Below are positions 40,874 to 51,884 of a stretch of 64,000 bases of DNA, piece after piece. The number at the start of each line of letters is the position of its first letter. The stretch's first letter is position 1. The position numbers and the translations under genes are program-made. The notes beneath the pieces are model-generated. The model saw only the letters and a list, made by a program, of their open reading frames with translations, was not told the DNA's origin and searched no databases. The stretch is from the IMG/VR virus record IMGVR_UViG_3300034158_000023, positions 62,001 to 126,000 of that record. One strand, given 5' to 3'.

Positions 40874-41782
40874 ATGTTATTAAAAGCCCCCAAAGTGGAA
40901 ATGGTTGCGTATGCAGACGTATCTATCTTGGGGTCACCCGACCCCAAGATACGTGTTCACAATAGTCTTCTGCCAGCTGGTCTAGCTTACCTAATGTCTG
41001 ATGCAATTTCGGTATCTAGTACCCCGTATATTAAGTTTGGCACCAACAACACCCCTAACGCTCCAGGAATGACTGGATTGCAGGCAATTATCTCAGCTAA
41101 TAACTACGCTCAAGATGGGCGTGCCACGTATGTGGAAGTTAAGTCGTATGTCGATAATGGAAATGGTACTTCCACTTCTAAAATCACATATAACGTAGTA
41201 ACTGGCATGGGTAAGGTTTTAGGTGAGGTTGGTGAACTAGGTATAGATTTTGCTAGAACCGATGATGCAGTAGTACACACTCGTTTAGCTCTAGCAACTA
41301 AACTAAACGTTACTGCTGAAAATCAAATTCGTGTAGAGTACACATTTGAGATGACCTACCCTAATACGCCATTAGTGGAAACTATCGATATGGATATTGA
41401 CGGAGTGATCACTCAGATTACTGCTACCCATACGTTAGTTAACCTTAGTATCATGGAACCAGTATTCTTAATGTGTCACTGCCTTATAGCTGGCAATAAC
41501 TGGCGTGTAACTGGGTCTGTACCTACTGATAAAACTGCGTATCAGACGATGGTAACTACTACACCAGTGAAAACTACTGAAGTGGCAGGGAAACTAAGTA
41601 TAGTGAAGGTTACCTTTCACTTACAAGACTGTAACTACGTTGGAGGTATTAAGCACGTGCAATATGGGTATAATTCTAAACCCTTTGCAAGTGTCCAGTT
41701 CTCTACCCCTATTCCAAAAGACAACACTAAAGAACTAGAATTAAAATTCATTAAAGACTTTAGTGGATTCCCTGTTCTATAA
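40874..41782 (+). CDS. tail-fibre-associated paralogue
   Basis: NSLL, IKFGT, VGELGID, HTR, TPIPKD motifs. Confidence 0.65.
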   Translation: MLLKAPKVEMVAYADVSILGSPDPKIRVHNSLLPAGLAYLMSDAISVSSTPYIKFGTNNTPNAPGMTGLQAIISANNYAQDGRATYVEVKSYVDNGNGTSTSKITYNVVTGMGKVLGEVGELGIDFARTDDAVVHTRLALATKLNVTAENQIRVEYTFEMTYPNTPLVETIDMDIDGVITQITATHTLVNLSIMEPVFLMCHCLIAGNNWRVTGSVPTDKTAYQTMVTTTPVKTTEVAGKLSIVKVTFHLQDCNYVGGIKHVQYGYNSKPFASVQFSTPIPKDNTKELELKFIKDFSGFPVL

Positions 41783-41792
41783 AGGAGCGAAT

Positions 41793-42413
41793 ATGTTACC
41801 TTCACCTGGCACATGGACATCTAACCCGACCAAGTTACCTATGGTTGGAGGAAATACAGATTTGCCGATTTTAGTAAATCGTACGTTAGCTAACACTTGC
41901 TTAGGACCAGTTGACGTCAATGTGAGTGATGGCGATCTAACGAAAAGAGTTTGGGGGATTAAAATTGATGATGGTGAATTCATCGCGATATTAAGAACCG
42001 CAGATGAAACTGGATGGGAAAAAGAAGTGTCGTTATTTACAACGACTGGGGACTGTTTGTACCCTAGCTTAACCTTTGACCAACTAGGGAAACCTTTAGT
42101 TACATTCATGCGTGGTGGTCATGGGTGGCTGTGGTGGTTTAACCCAATTACTGCTACTAACGAAGTTAGAGATATGGGAGCCGTGGATTCCATTACTATT
42201 GCTATCGATTACCCATATGCAAACTTATCAGCGGAAACTGATGTCACTATTTTCACTTTAAGTGCTGGAGCTTTAAGTTACCGCATTCAACGTGATCGTT
42301 ATGACGTTATATACGACGGTAATGCAGACCTACCAGGAGCCATACTGTTTGGTGGTGGTTTACGGTCTGATAACACCTTCCGGTTACTCTACGGTGTACC
42401 TGTTGTGAGCTAA
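41793..42413 (+). CDS. tail-associated protein, paralogue of 36936
   Basis: ATG 41793 after AAAGGAG; LGP, LTFDQLG, QRDRY. Confidence 0.65.
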   Translation: MLPSPGTWTSNPTKLPMVGGNTDLPILVNRTLANTCLGPVDVNVSDGDLTKRVWGIKIDDGEFIAILRTADETGWEKEVSLFTTTGDCLYPSLTFDQLGKPLVTFMRGGHGWLWWFNPITATNEVRDMGAVDSITIAIDYPYANLSAETDVTIFTLSAGALSYRIQRDRYDVIYDGNADLPGAILFGGGLRSDNTFRLLYGVPVVS

Positions 42414-42432
42414 TGCCTATTCGGAGATAAAG

Positions 42433-44817
42433 ATGAACATAGAAGCACCTGTAGGTAAATTCGTTGGTCGTCCTACGTTAATTGTAACCCACGCTGATGG
42501 AAGCGAAGAATCCAGAACGGTTACCAATGCACCACTTAAGAAAATCTTTGATGCTATCTTAGCTGGTACAAGTTTTTTAAGTATCTACCCAATCATTAAA
42601 GTGGGCGTAGGTACTACTCCAACCACAGCGTCAACCTCGTTTATGGAATTACCCATAAAACCAGCTGGCGCTAACTATAACCTTAACTCTACAAAATCGG
42701 CGAATGTTAGTCCTAAGGTGTATTCCCCTGATGGTAAGACACTATCATACACGTATACATACGTTCAAACATTTAACCTTGGTGCTATCGTTGGTCTTAT
42801 CACTGAAGTAGGGTTAGATACCAGAAGTAAAAACAACACCGGAGAAGTAGATTTTAGAGCAGTGTTAGACAGCGGTGTTAACGTGTATGCGGACAGTCAG
42901 TTAAAAGTATTCTACGCATTTGACATTAGTGTCACCATAGGTGCACCTTTTGTAATGCCTATCAGTGTTGGCGGCGTGTCCACTGATTTCACCATCACTC
43001 CCACTTTTATGCAAGGCACCACGTTAGACATTAATCAAATACTAACACCGCCGTCATCAGTGTGGGTGGAAGACCTAGATACAATTGCATCAGGAGCTCT
43101 GTGGAGATCTGCTCAGTCCATGAATGTGTCCTCTGGACATGGGGTTTATGAATTTATTCCAGACTCTTCTAAGATAGCAGTTAAGTTTAACTCTACTGGT
43201 AGCAAGTGTAACACCACGTCTGCAACAATTAAATGGATCGCATTTAATGACCAACGCCCATTAGTTGGGTATAAAATAGAACCGCCGTTACCCAAGTCTA
43301 CCCTTCAAGCCTTGAAGTTGAAAGTGACCTTTGACTACGACGCAGTTAACCCATGGTACGATTCACCGTTACCTCCAGATCCAGTAGATCCTCCTGAGGA
43401 CACCCCAGATGTAATCCCTATGGATTTAGTGGATACTGCTGATACTGGACACACTCTGGAATCACTCGGACAGTACGGCTTAGATTATCCTAATCAGATA
43501 GTTAGAGCCAACGATGAGTTAGAGATAATGTTCTATGCAGGGGCTCCCTCATTTAAGGACAACTCTCATGTGGCAATGGAAGGAAAAGAAGCATGGGTAA
43601 GTAGTACCCTATCGTCAATTGGTTTTGGTTTCGGTATGTGGGGACTTGATCCAGCCACGGATAACATGTTAGCTCGTTATAACTGTTACGTGGAATTAAC
43701 TGATGGGGCAACCACTAAGCGCGCCAAGTTAGTAATTAATGAAGACCCTACTGATCCAGCATTTAAGTGGTATACGTACGCTAAAGAAACTTCCCCTGGG
43801 ATGTTTTCTAAAACTGACTACCTCACTCCTGAGTACTCAGATTTTTACAATGAGTACATCAATGATGGGGGTGGTTTGCAATACGCATTTGGTAGCGGTT
43901 TACCAGCTGTGGATGATACCTACTATGGTACTAATCCTGATGCCCTATGGTTAATATCTATTTTCTATCCTAATGCAGCAGAGTGGCCTGTAGCTATCAG
44001 TGGAAGAACTCTAGCCTTCCGCATGAAAGCTATACCTAAGAATGTAGCTAAAACTCCAGTGCAGTTAACTATGGATGTACACTTCGATATCCCTAAACCT
44101 GTAGAACCTGAAGTTCCAGCAGAAGGGGTGGATACCGTTGATACCAATCGTATATGGGGGGCATCTAATTTTGTAGACGCCGCGCACATGGAAGTTCGGA
44201 ATAACGACGAATTGGAATTGATGTTTGCTTTAAACCGTGGAGCAACTGGAGACAACGGTTCAGAACCGTTTGCACCTACGGTTAAGAATGGTAACACTTG
44301 GACAGCTAATGGTTCTGCTTCAGAAATGTATTTAGGTTTCAACATGTATCAGAACTTTGATATCACAACCCAAGACATCACTGATCGCTACGACCTATAT
44401 GTTGATTTGCTACATTCCACTGGCAACAAAACTGCTAAGTATGTGCGCATAGTAGAAGAAACCTACCCAGGTCTGTATCTACAATGTCCAGATGGGCAAG
44501 GTGGGTACTCCAACGATTCATTAAATGCAGCCGAACAAGGTTTTTACGATACCCACGAGGTTAACCCCACTACAATTAACTTTGCTGGCTTCCAAGAAAA
44601 CATCATGTTTATATACCCACCAAATGTTGGAGAACCAGACCCCGAATTAAATCCTGTGGAATTTATGGCAAGGGTAGTTCGAACGTTCTATAGATCTACT
44701 GGAGTAGTTCCGTTTGACCTTTCCAACGCAACTATACAAATTAGATTGCGAGCTGTTCCTAAGGATACCGCTAAGGCAACTGTGCAGTTTACGGCAACGG
44801 TTAATCTGACGGCTTGA
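42433..44817 (+). CDS. tail-fibre-associated protein (gp131-like N-domain plus two C-terminal repeats)
   Basis: N-domain as in paralogues; repeats RANDELEIMF / RNNDELELMF. Confidence 0.65.
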   Translation: MNIEAPVGKFVGRPTLIVTHADGSEESRTVTNAPLKKIFDAILAGTSFLSIYPIIKVGVGTTPTTASTSFMELPIKPAGANYNLNSTKSANVSPKVYSPDGKTLSYTYTYVQTFNLGAIVGLITEVGLDTRSKNNTGEVDFRAVLDSGVNVYADSQLKVFYAFDISVTIGAPFVMPISVGGVSTDFTITPTFMQGTTLDINQILTPPSSVWVEDLDTIASGALWRSAQSMNVSSGHGVYEFIPDSSKIAVKFNSTGSKCNTTSATIKWIAFNDQRPLVGYKIEPPLPKSTLQALKLKVTFDYDAVNPWYDSPLPPDPVDPPEDTPDVIPMDLVDTADTGHTLESLGQYGLDYPNQIVRANDELEIMFYAGAPSFKDNSHVAMEGKEAWVSSTLSSIGFGFGMWGLDPATDNMLARYNCYVELTDGATTKRAKLVINEDPTDPAFKWYTYAKETSPGMFSKTDYLTPEYSDFYNEYINDGGGLQYAFGSGLPAVDDTYYGTNPDALWLISIFYPNAAEWPVAISGRTLAFRMKAIPKNVAKTPVQLTMDVHFDIPKPVEPEVPAEGVDTVDTNRIWGASNFVDAAHMEVRNNDELELMFALNRGATGDNGSEPFAPTVKNGNTWTANGSASEMYLGFNMYQNFDITTQDITDRYDLYVDLLHSTGNKTAKYVRIVEETYPGLYLQCPDGQGGYSNDSLNAAEQGFYDTHEVNPTTINFAGFQENIMFIYPPNVGEPDPELNPVEFMARVVRTFYRSTGVVPFDLSNATIQIRLRAVPKDTAKATVQFTATVNLTA

Positions 44818-44876
44818 TAATAGTTTGAATAGCACACAGAGGGCTTCGGCCCTCTTCTTAATTTCAGGAGCATGGC

Positions 44877-46553
44877 ATGGCCGAAATAATGCAAGGCACT
44901 GTTCCAGTATTTTCGCCTAACCAAGGTTATAGACAGTGGTTAATGAGTGAGATCTTTACTGGTCCAAATGGCAAAGGTAATATGGTTCCAAACGTAGATG
45001 ATACTATCATGGATTATACCCGTGGTATCCTACGTGTTATAACCTCTGATCCTACAACTGGTTTATCTACTTGGGTAGACTGGAAAGTTCCTACCTCAGG
45101 TGAGTATGACCAAGAAGATGTTCTGTTAGGCATTGGCCCCGGTCCAGATTATGAGTTGGCCAGATGTTACATTAACCAATCTGTTACACCGCATACGTTG
45201 GCGGTTAATACCCATCTACACACTTACGGTAGCCGTACCAAGTATTGTAAGATTTTCTTAGGTACTGATATTACGTCTGGCAATGCCCGTGTGATCTCAG
45301 CGATGTATAATCAATCTGGTCAGTACGTCAGTGAAAACATCCCAATGGTGTTAGCTGAACATAACGAAGTCACTAACTACACTAAGCAGGCTCCTGCTGT
45401 AGGTTATACCAACGATAAGCTGAAAGATGGTGAAACGGTAACGATCGTGTTCTATAACGATCTAGCTGGTGTGGTTGGTTACAATAAACTGATCGTAGCT
45501 AATACCCAGTTTATCCGTAAAGCAGAAGCCAGTCAGTTGTACATCACTGACATCAGTTTAGAAAGTCCATTCTTAGCTGATAGTGAAGCCAACACTTTGT
45601 ATGCGCCATTGAACTTACCTGTAGAAGCACTAACCTTAACAGGTCGTGTACATTACAGTAACGGTTCTATCATGGACGTACCTATCAACAAAGGTAAGAT
45701 GCAGCTGTATGGTTTAGAAAACTACATAGCTACGATCATCGGACAACCTGCGCCATTAAGTTTAATCTACAACCTAGATGCCAATGAAGCATCTTTAAAT
45801 GTGTTAGGTGATACTACTAAACACATAGAGAAGAAATACACTATTCGTACCACAGATGTTGTAGGTGCTTACAGTGTTAAACTTTTTGTTGTGCCTAAGT
45901 GGGTGAATCCAGCGAGTGGTTGGCGTTTAGAGTATATCCTGTATAACTTAGACCGTGGTGATTTCTACTACGCTACTCCATTCGTGGAAGCTGGTATTAA
46001 CTCTGCTGTTTATGATCCATTGTTATACGGTGTATCTCAGAACTTAGTAGTGGCTGTAGACCTTAACAAGGTAGACCCTCGACTAAAACCGTTCCGCCAT
46101 GTGCAGAGCTTTAAGATTGCATTGATGAACAATGGTATAGCAGACGCTACGCCGTATCTGTTAGCCTATGACCCTGGTCAAACCCCAGAATATGGTGCTA
46201 ACTTAAGTGCGCGTTTAAAACTTATAGCCATCTCACAATGGCAAATGGACATTTCTCAAGGTAAGTTATCTTTAGCAGAATGGTTGAGTGTTGTGTATAA
46301 CCCAATCAAACCGCTATATGACCCAACGACAGAAAGTGGTCCATTAGTTCCCACTCACTTCGTGACCAGCATTAACGGTATTAGAACTGAATATCCTATC
46401 GGCGATTGGAACAAACAACTCCCATCACAAACAGGTGGTGTGATTGGTGCTCCGGTAATCATTGAGTGGGTTAGAAAGACAGCAGGTGCTACATTGCAGT
46501 TAGGATGTAGTGGTCTTAAGATTTTCCAAATCCTTAATGCGGGACCGCAATAA
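44877..46553 (+). CDS. virion/baseplate structural protein (phiKZ gp26-like)
   Basis: 558 aa directly upstream of terminase; synteny. Confidence 0.7.
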   Translation: MAEIMQGTVPVFSPNQGYRQWLMSEIFTGPNGKGNMVPNVDDTIMDYTRGILRVITSDPTTGLSTWVDWKVPTSGEYDQEDVLLGIGPGPDYELARCYINQSVTPHTLAVNTHLHTYGSRTKYCKIFLGTDITSGNARVISAMYNQSGQYVSENIPMVLAEHNEVTNYTKQAPAVGYTNDKLKDGETVTIVFYNDLAGVVGYNKLIVANTQFIRKAEASQLYITDISLESPFLADSEANTLYAPLNLPVEALTLTGRVHYSNGSIMDVPINKGKMQLYGLENYIATIIGQPAPLSLIYNLDANEASLNVLGDTTKHIEKKYTIRTTDVVGAYSVKLFVVPKWVNPASGWRLEYILYNLDRGDFYYATPFVEAGINSAVYDPLLYGVSQNLVVAVDLNKVDPRLKPFRHVQSFKIALMNNGIADATPYLLAYDPGQTPEYGANLSARLKLIAISQWQMDISQGKLSLAEWLSVVYNPIKPLYDPTTESGPLVPTHFVTSINGIRTEYPIGDWNKQLPSQTGGVIGAPVIIEWVRKTAGATLQLGCSGLKIFQILNAGPQ

Positions 46554-46572
46554 CTATTAAGCCGAGGTACTC

Positions 46573-48771
46573 ATGATTCTTTTCAAAGAAGATTGGGCTA
46601 GATTCCCCTCGGCTGTTGTAGACTATGGTACTACTAACAAATCGTTTTTAGAGTTTGCTGCACTCCTAGATAAAATGGGAGTGCAGAATAGTACTTTTGC
46701 CCTTAGTCTCATGCAGCCGGAATTGTCAGGGGTTGACATCTACAATCCCAACATTACCACCGAACAAAAAATGATGGTCATTAGAGAAGTACCCTACAAC
46801 GTATGGTATTTTCTAAGGGAAGTAGCTAGAGTACCTCCTATTGCTGGTATTGATCCTGTACAGTTCAGAGCCAACCGTGCGAACATTTCCATGGTCTGGT
46901 CTTTCTTTAACCAAGTGGATTATGTATTAATCCAACCACGACAAACCGGTAAGTCTGTATCTACAGACTGTTTATCCACTTACTTGTATTTGTTCAAAAT
47001 GTATAACTCGCGTATGATGTTGTTGACTAAAGACGACACCCTACGTAGCGATAACGTTGCGCGTTTACGTAAGATGCGTGGGTATTTCCCACCATGGTTA
47101 GTACTGGATGATAAGAGCGATGCTGCCAACACTACGACTGTAACCTACAACTTAAGGAAGAACGTTTACAGAACAGCAGTTGGGCAGAACAGTGAAGATG
47201 GCGCACTTAAAGTTGGTCGTGGTGCTTCTGTACCTTATTACCACGATGACGAAGGCCCATTCCGTCCATTTACAGATATCACAGTACCAGCAGCAGCATC
47301 AGCGATGGATGCCGCGATAGATGAAGCAAGACGTAACGGTATCCCTAATGGTAAGATCTTTACAACTACTGCTGGTAAGATTAACAGCCGTAGCGGTAAT
47401 TACTATTACAACAAAATCTTCAGACCTGCTGCGAAGTGGGATGAAATGTATTATGATTTACAAAACCGTGATGAGCTACATCGTGTAATTAAGTCTGCTT
47501 CTAAAAGACGTCAGATGGAAGATGGTGTTAACGAGAAAGATGTGTACCCTACATTGACTATCGCTGGCGTGTTTTCACATAGGCAGTTAGGTTATACAGA
47601 TGCTTGGCTATACGAGAAAATCGTTGCAGCTAGATCTGATGGCGACGCAGCCGACCGTGACTACTTCAACCGCTGGACATACGGTGGTTTGACTTCACCC
47701 TTTACAGCAGACGTTACACAGAACATTCTGCACTCAGAACGTCCTCATGACTGGGTAGAGATTACTGACTCAGGGTTTGTCATCAGGTGGTATAAACCTA
47801 AAGAAGGGTTTGAACAATATCTAGCCAACACTCACTTAGCCCTAGGTTTAGATACCTCAGATGCTATCGGTCGAGATGGTGTTTCATTAGTGTATGTAGA
47901 TCAACAAGACTTAGCGGTAGTAGGTGTGGCTAGTATCAACAATGCTAGTATCCCTAAGATTGCTACGTTTGTGGCTAAACTGTTATTGAAGTATCTTAAC
48001 ACCACTCTAGTGATTGAGAAAAAGTCTTCTGCTCAAACGTTTATCGATACCTGTATTAGTTTACTAGCTTCTGCTGGTATAGATCCACTTACACGTATTT
48101 ATAACCGAGTAGTAGATGAGAAATCGGTTCGTTTAAACGATTGGGACTTACTGAAGAAAACTCCTAACGCTAGACGTAATGATAGCTTCTATGACAAATG
48201 GCGTTCATCTTTTGGTTTTAATACCACAGGTGCATCACGTGATTTATTATACTCAACTGTATTGGTTAGTGCTGCTAAACACTCAGCGTCATTGATTGCT
48301 GACTCTACGTTATCTGAAGAACTACGTTCTCTAGAGATTCGTAATGGTCGTATCGATCACGCTAGCGGCGGTCACGACGATACTGTAATCGCATGGTTAT
48401 TGTGTCACTGGTTCTTTATGTATGGTAAGAATCTAAGTCACTACGGTATTGATACTCGTAAAATGTTACTCAAAGTTGGACGTAACGGTGAAGTAGCAAC
48501 TCCTGAAGTAATCAAAGCTCGTGAGAGACAAGAATATCTAAGGGAAGAGCTCGACAGAGTGTCAGAAGAGTTAAAAAATACTACAAGTCCTTATTTATTA
48601 GTAGGACTTGAGCTGAAAGTTGCTAAAATACTTTCAGAGCTAGACACCGAAGGATCAGATATCACATTGGATGGTATCTTAGCCAAAGCTAAAAATGAAA
48701 GGGCGCTACGTCGTAATACTACACGTAAGTCGTCTATACAAAGAAACCACAGGAGTTCCCCATGGAATTAG
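46573..48771 (+). CDS. terL: terminase large subunit
   Basis: Walker A QPRQTGKS, Walker B YHDDEG, TTT coupling motif, nuclease GLDTS and GHDD. Confidence 0.93.
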   Translation: MILFKEDWARFPSAVVDYGTTNKSFLEFAALLDKMGVQNSTFALSLMQPELSGVDIYNPNITTEQKMMVIREVPYNVWYFLREVARVPPIAGIDPVQFRANRANISMVWSFFNQVDYVLIQPRQTGKSVSTDCLSTYLYLFKMYNSRMMLLTKDDTLRSDNVARLRKMRGYFPPWLVLDDKSDAANTTTVTYNLRKNVYRTAVGQNSEDGALKVGRGASVPYYHDDEGPFRPFTDITVPAAASAMDAAIDEARRNGIPNGKIFTTTAGKINSRSGNYYYNKIFRPAAKWDEMYYDLQNRDELHRVIKSASKRRQMEDGVNEKDVYPTLTIAGVFSHRQLGYTDAWLYEKIVAARSDGDAADRDYFNRWTYGGLTSPFTADVTQNILHSERPHDWVEITDSGFVIRWYKPKEGFEQYLANTHLALGLDTSDAIGRDGVSLVYVDQQDLAVVGVASINNASIPKIATFVAKLLLKYLNTTLVIEKKSSAQTFIDTCISLLASAGIDPLTRIYNRVVDEKSVRLNDWDLLKKTPNARRNDSFYDKWRSSFGFNTTGASRDLLYSTVLVSAAKHSASLIADSTLSEELRSLEIRNGRIDHASGGHDDTVIAWLLCHWFFMYGKNLSHYGIDTRKMLLKVGRNGEVATPEVIKARERQEYLREELDRVSEELKNTTSPYLLVGLELKVAKILSELDTEGSDITLDGILAKAKNERALRRNTTRKSSIQRNHRSSPWN

Positions 48772-49304
48772 TACAAGTAACGTTTGACGATGTTAAAGCA
48801 CAGGCAGAAGCGGAAAAGAATTTCATTGCTAACATCATTGCAGCAAATGAAATCCAAATTGACTGGATGAAACATAGTCCCTCTTTTGATATGGAAACCT
48901 TCCCACTTGGTTTTGACATAGAAGGTTGGTTAGCTGAAGTAGAGGCCAAAACTCCTGAAGGTCAGGCGTTACCAGGCAGTGAAGAGTTTGAACTGTTTGC
49001 TCGTGCTTTAACTCTAACTGCTATTACTACCCGTTTAACAATTCCAGAAAAATACGTATTGTTAGATCACTACGTATCTGCTGCTGCTAGAGCATTGGTG
49101 GTAACACACGAAGCTGTAGAAAAAGCTAAGGCTGAATTGGTGGCAACTAAAGTCGCACAACAAGGCCAAGGTTTTAACGTGATGACAAGTCCTATAGTGG
49201 ATGATACAACACAGTTAATCCGTGAGTGTCATGAAGCTACGATGGCTAAGCTCAATGCAATGCCAGCTACGGTTGATATTCCAGTATCGGCACAAGTAGA
49301 ATAA
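48762..49304 (+). CDS. hypothetical protein
   Basis: 180-aa ORF, SD AGGAG, overlaps terminase end. Confidence 0.8.
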   Translation: MELVQVTFDDVKAQAEAEKNFIANIIAANEIQIDWMKHSPSFDMETFPLGFDIEGWLAEVEAKTPEGQALPGSEEFELFARALTLTAITTRLTIPEKYVLLDHYVSAAARALVVTHEAVEKAKAELVATKVAQQGQGFNVMTSPIVDDTTQLIRECHEATMAKLNAMPATVDIPVSAQVE

Positions 49305-49318
49305 AAACCAGCATAAAC

Positions 49319-49340
49319 GAGGAGCTCCTAGGAGCTCCTC
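49319..49340. terminator. bidirectional palindromic terminator
   Basis: GAGGAGCTCCTAGGAGCTCCTC between convergent genes. Confidence 0.75.
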
Positions 49341-49347
49341 TATGCCG

Positions 49348-50589
49348 TCATCTATAGTGGGACATAGTAAGTGTCCTAAGTACTATGTAAAGTATCACAG
49401 CGGTGCGCTCAGGACGTGTGGGTACTGAACTCTTACGACCACTCCCTTCCTTAACTACTTTATCCCCCAGTTTCCTTAATAAAAGAACCTTAGACTCGTT
49501 TACTCGAGAACCTACTAGCATGGCTTTTAACTTCTCGATCACCAAACCTAAATCTTTAGTAGAGATTTTATTTTTAGTTAAGAAATCAAACGCATACAGA
49601 ATAGTTTCAGATAGTAACTGATCGATGTACGCTTTACGTTTATCGCGGATGTTATTACAAATCCATTCTAACGTAGACTTAACAGCTCTTGGATCAGCAG
49701 AGTTAATACCATTACAGATGATATCAATCAACTCTTGTTTGATGAATGAACTAGGTTCTTCAGTTAAGTCGTACAAGTACCGATGATACTGAGTGAAAGA
49801 ACGAGAGATGTCTTTAATAACAATCCCATCTTCAATCTGCATAATCTGTGAAGTGGTAATAGTTTTACCGTTAGCATCCCTAACTAAATAGAATACTTTG
49901 GTTTGTGCTTTCACTACGTTACGGATACGAGTTTGTACGTCAGATAAGAAATAAGCCTGAGCATCAAAAGGTAATGTAAGTAAACCTTTTCTGTGTACGC
50001 TTGTATGACCTACAGCATCCACTGAGCGAGCATGTATCAATGCGCCCCATGTACCTAACTGCTTAATCATGAACTGCATGCTAAGAGTGTTATAGGTGGC
50101 TTTAGCGATAGCTTCATTAGCAGGATACGCAAAGTAGTTAGACAGCAAAGAACTTAAGAACTTGTAATGCAACAACTTACAAATAACTACAGCACCTTCT
50201 TCACGCTGACTTTGTGATAATGATTTCTCAGTTAAGAATCTGTGGATCAAATACGACATAGCTAAGTTAATCGTACTAGATACAACTTTGTGGTCAGGGT
50301 TAATAACTGGCACTAGTAGACCTTTTTCATCAGGTATCTTAAGACTAGCTAAGTCACTCTGTAAGGCCACATCGTCAATCTCCATGATGTCATCAAACCA
50401 CTCATCACGGTCAGCATCTAACCACTTGATTGGGTACACACCTAACAGCCCAGAACCAAAGAAACTAATGTGGTCTGAGTTCTTAGTTACAAATTGTAGA
50501 TCTTTAGCTTTAATAGCCTTAAGTAATTTTGCGTCAATTTTCAACTTAACGCAGTGTGCATCAAACACCTCTTTAACTGCGAATGTCAT
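49348..50589 (-). CDS. conserved virion structural protein (phiKZ gp32-like)
   Basis: HISFFGSGLLGV, LYIVLR; late-type promoter upstream. Confidence 0.7.
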   Translation of the reverse strand: MTFAVKEVFDAHCVKLKIDAKLLKAIKAKDLQFVTKNSDHISFFGSGLLGVYPIKWLDADRDEWFDDIMEIDDVALQSDLASLKIPDEKGLLVPVINPDHKVVSSTINLAMSYLIHRFLTEKSLSQSQREEGAVVICKLLHYKFLSSLLSNYFAYPANEAIAKATYNTLSMQFMIKQLGTWGALIHARSVDAVGHTSVHRKGLLTLPFDAQAYFLSDVQTRIRNVVKAQTKVFYLVRDANGKTITTSQIMQIEDGIVIKDISRSFTQYHRYLYDLTEEPSSFIKQELIDIICNGINSADPRAVKSTLEWICNNIRDKRKAYIDQLLSETILYAFDFLTKNKISTKDLGLVIEKLKAMLVGSRVNESKVLLLRKLGDKVVKEGSGRKSSVPTRPERTAVILYIVLRTLTMSHYR

Positions 50590-50613
50590 TATAGGTACCC
50601 CAATTCAGTAAGT

Positions 50614-50624
50614 TACATACGATA
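50614..50624 (-). promoter_or_regulatory. late promoter TATCGTATGTA
   Basis: Identical 11-mer upstream of the - strand gene at 63936-63946; contains phiKZ late TATG core. Confidence 0.65.
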
Positions 50625-50712
50625 CTAACTGGAAAAGATTGTAGATATATATTGTTTTAGTAGTAAGAAAGCATAAAGCTTTCTAAATTTAAAACTATAA
50701 AAGGATTACATC

Positions 50713-51237
50713 ATGAACTTCAAAACAGATATGAACGTTGCTAGCTTACGTGTAAAAGCTCAAGCAGTAAATGAGTACACCGTTAGCATACGCAGCAAAG
50801 CGGTAGATTTGATCTCTGCGCTTTACAACAAAGATCCGGTTGCTGATCTACTCCCATCTCCTGATGATATCCTAGGATTCGTCATAGGCATGGAGCAACG
50901 CGCAATGTGCGTGTATACGGTTCGTGCTGACCTGGAATCAACAGTTGCTTCTGTGCCATTCCTAGTAATATCTGACCAGAAAGTATTAGAGAAAGGTATT
51001 GCAGTAATACAGAGCTATTGCGACATGTTGGAAGGGGAAGCTCATCCCAATCCAATGTTAGATCAAGCGATAGGCGGGTTAGCCTCAACGTTTTTCAAGA
51101 CACTACTTGAAGATGAAAATCTTAGCGTAGCTGACTTGAAAGAAGGGCTGGAGTCACAAGGTCTCCCACAGCACTTCATCACTGCTGTAATGCACAGACT
51201 AAACGTCGTGGTTGCATATTTAGCGGCTAACGCTTAA
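50713..51237 (+). CDS. hypothetical protein
   Basis: 174-aa ORF, ATAAAAGGA leader. Confidence 0.8.
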   Translation: MNFKTDMNVASLRVKAQAVNEYTVSIRSKAVDLISALYNKDPVADLLPSPDDILGFVIGMEQRAMCVYTVRADLESTVASVPFLVISDQKVLEKGIAVIQSYCDMLEGEAHPNPMLDQAIGGLASTFFKTLLEDENLSVADLKEGLESQGLPQHFITAVMHRLNVVVAYLAANA

Positions 51238-51299
51238 TATCTCACATTAGGATGGGGACGTCCCCATCCTTCCTTATTCAGTTCACAGGAGGTTCGGCC

Positions 51300-51833
51300 A
51301 TGGATAAATCTATCCAAGTACTACAACACAATCTTGGCGTTGTAGCTAGACGGTTAGGCGTTAAAGTGCAATTGACTGATGAGTCAGTGGCTAGAGCTGA
51401 CAAGCTCGCTATTGGACATGGTCTCTTTAGTGGTAACCGGAGCACTGCATTTGCTCTGGTAGCACTAAAGGTACTGCAACATAAGTTCGGTGCTAAGTTA
51501 GGCTTCGCTGAGCTTAACATTGTACTGAAGAGCCTCGCAGCTGCGCACGATAAGTGTGTGCTGGGCGATGAAGCTTTCCGCACGGTGGTTATAACTCACA
51601 CCGTCAGCTTAAGTAAGATGCACAGTTTACCCCCTCTAGGGTTGACTGAAGCCATCATGCGAGCTGAGGATATCATTGAGGTGTGTAAGGTTTATCATGT
51701 TGCACGTGCAACAGAAAAGACCCCACCACATAAAGTTGGTGTAAGTTTAGCGCAAGCTATTCTAGCCACCATGCGTCCTAAAGTCCTGGGGTTACAGCCA
51801 GGACGCGTCGATGACGAGTTAGGGTACATGTAA
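51300..51833 (+). CDS. hypothetical protein
   Basis: ATG 51300 after AGGAGG; upstream hairpin 51249-51270. Confidence 0.75.
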   Translation: MDKSIQVLQHNLGVVARRLGVKVQLTDESVARADKLAIGHGLFSGNRSTAFALVALKVLQHKFGAKLGFAELNIVLKSLAAAHDKCVLGDEAFRTVVITHTVSLSKMHSLPPLGLTEAIMRAEDIIEVCKVYHVARATEKTPPHKVGVSLAQAILATMRPKVLGLQPGRVDDELGYM

Positions 51834-51863
51834 AATAACCCCCTCTCAAGGGGTTATTTTTTT
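51834..51863 (+). terminator. intrinsic terminator
   Basis: AATAACCCC..GGGGTTATT plus T tract. Confidence 0.85.
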
Positions 51864-51884
51864 GTGTCTTTTTACAGAGACGGC

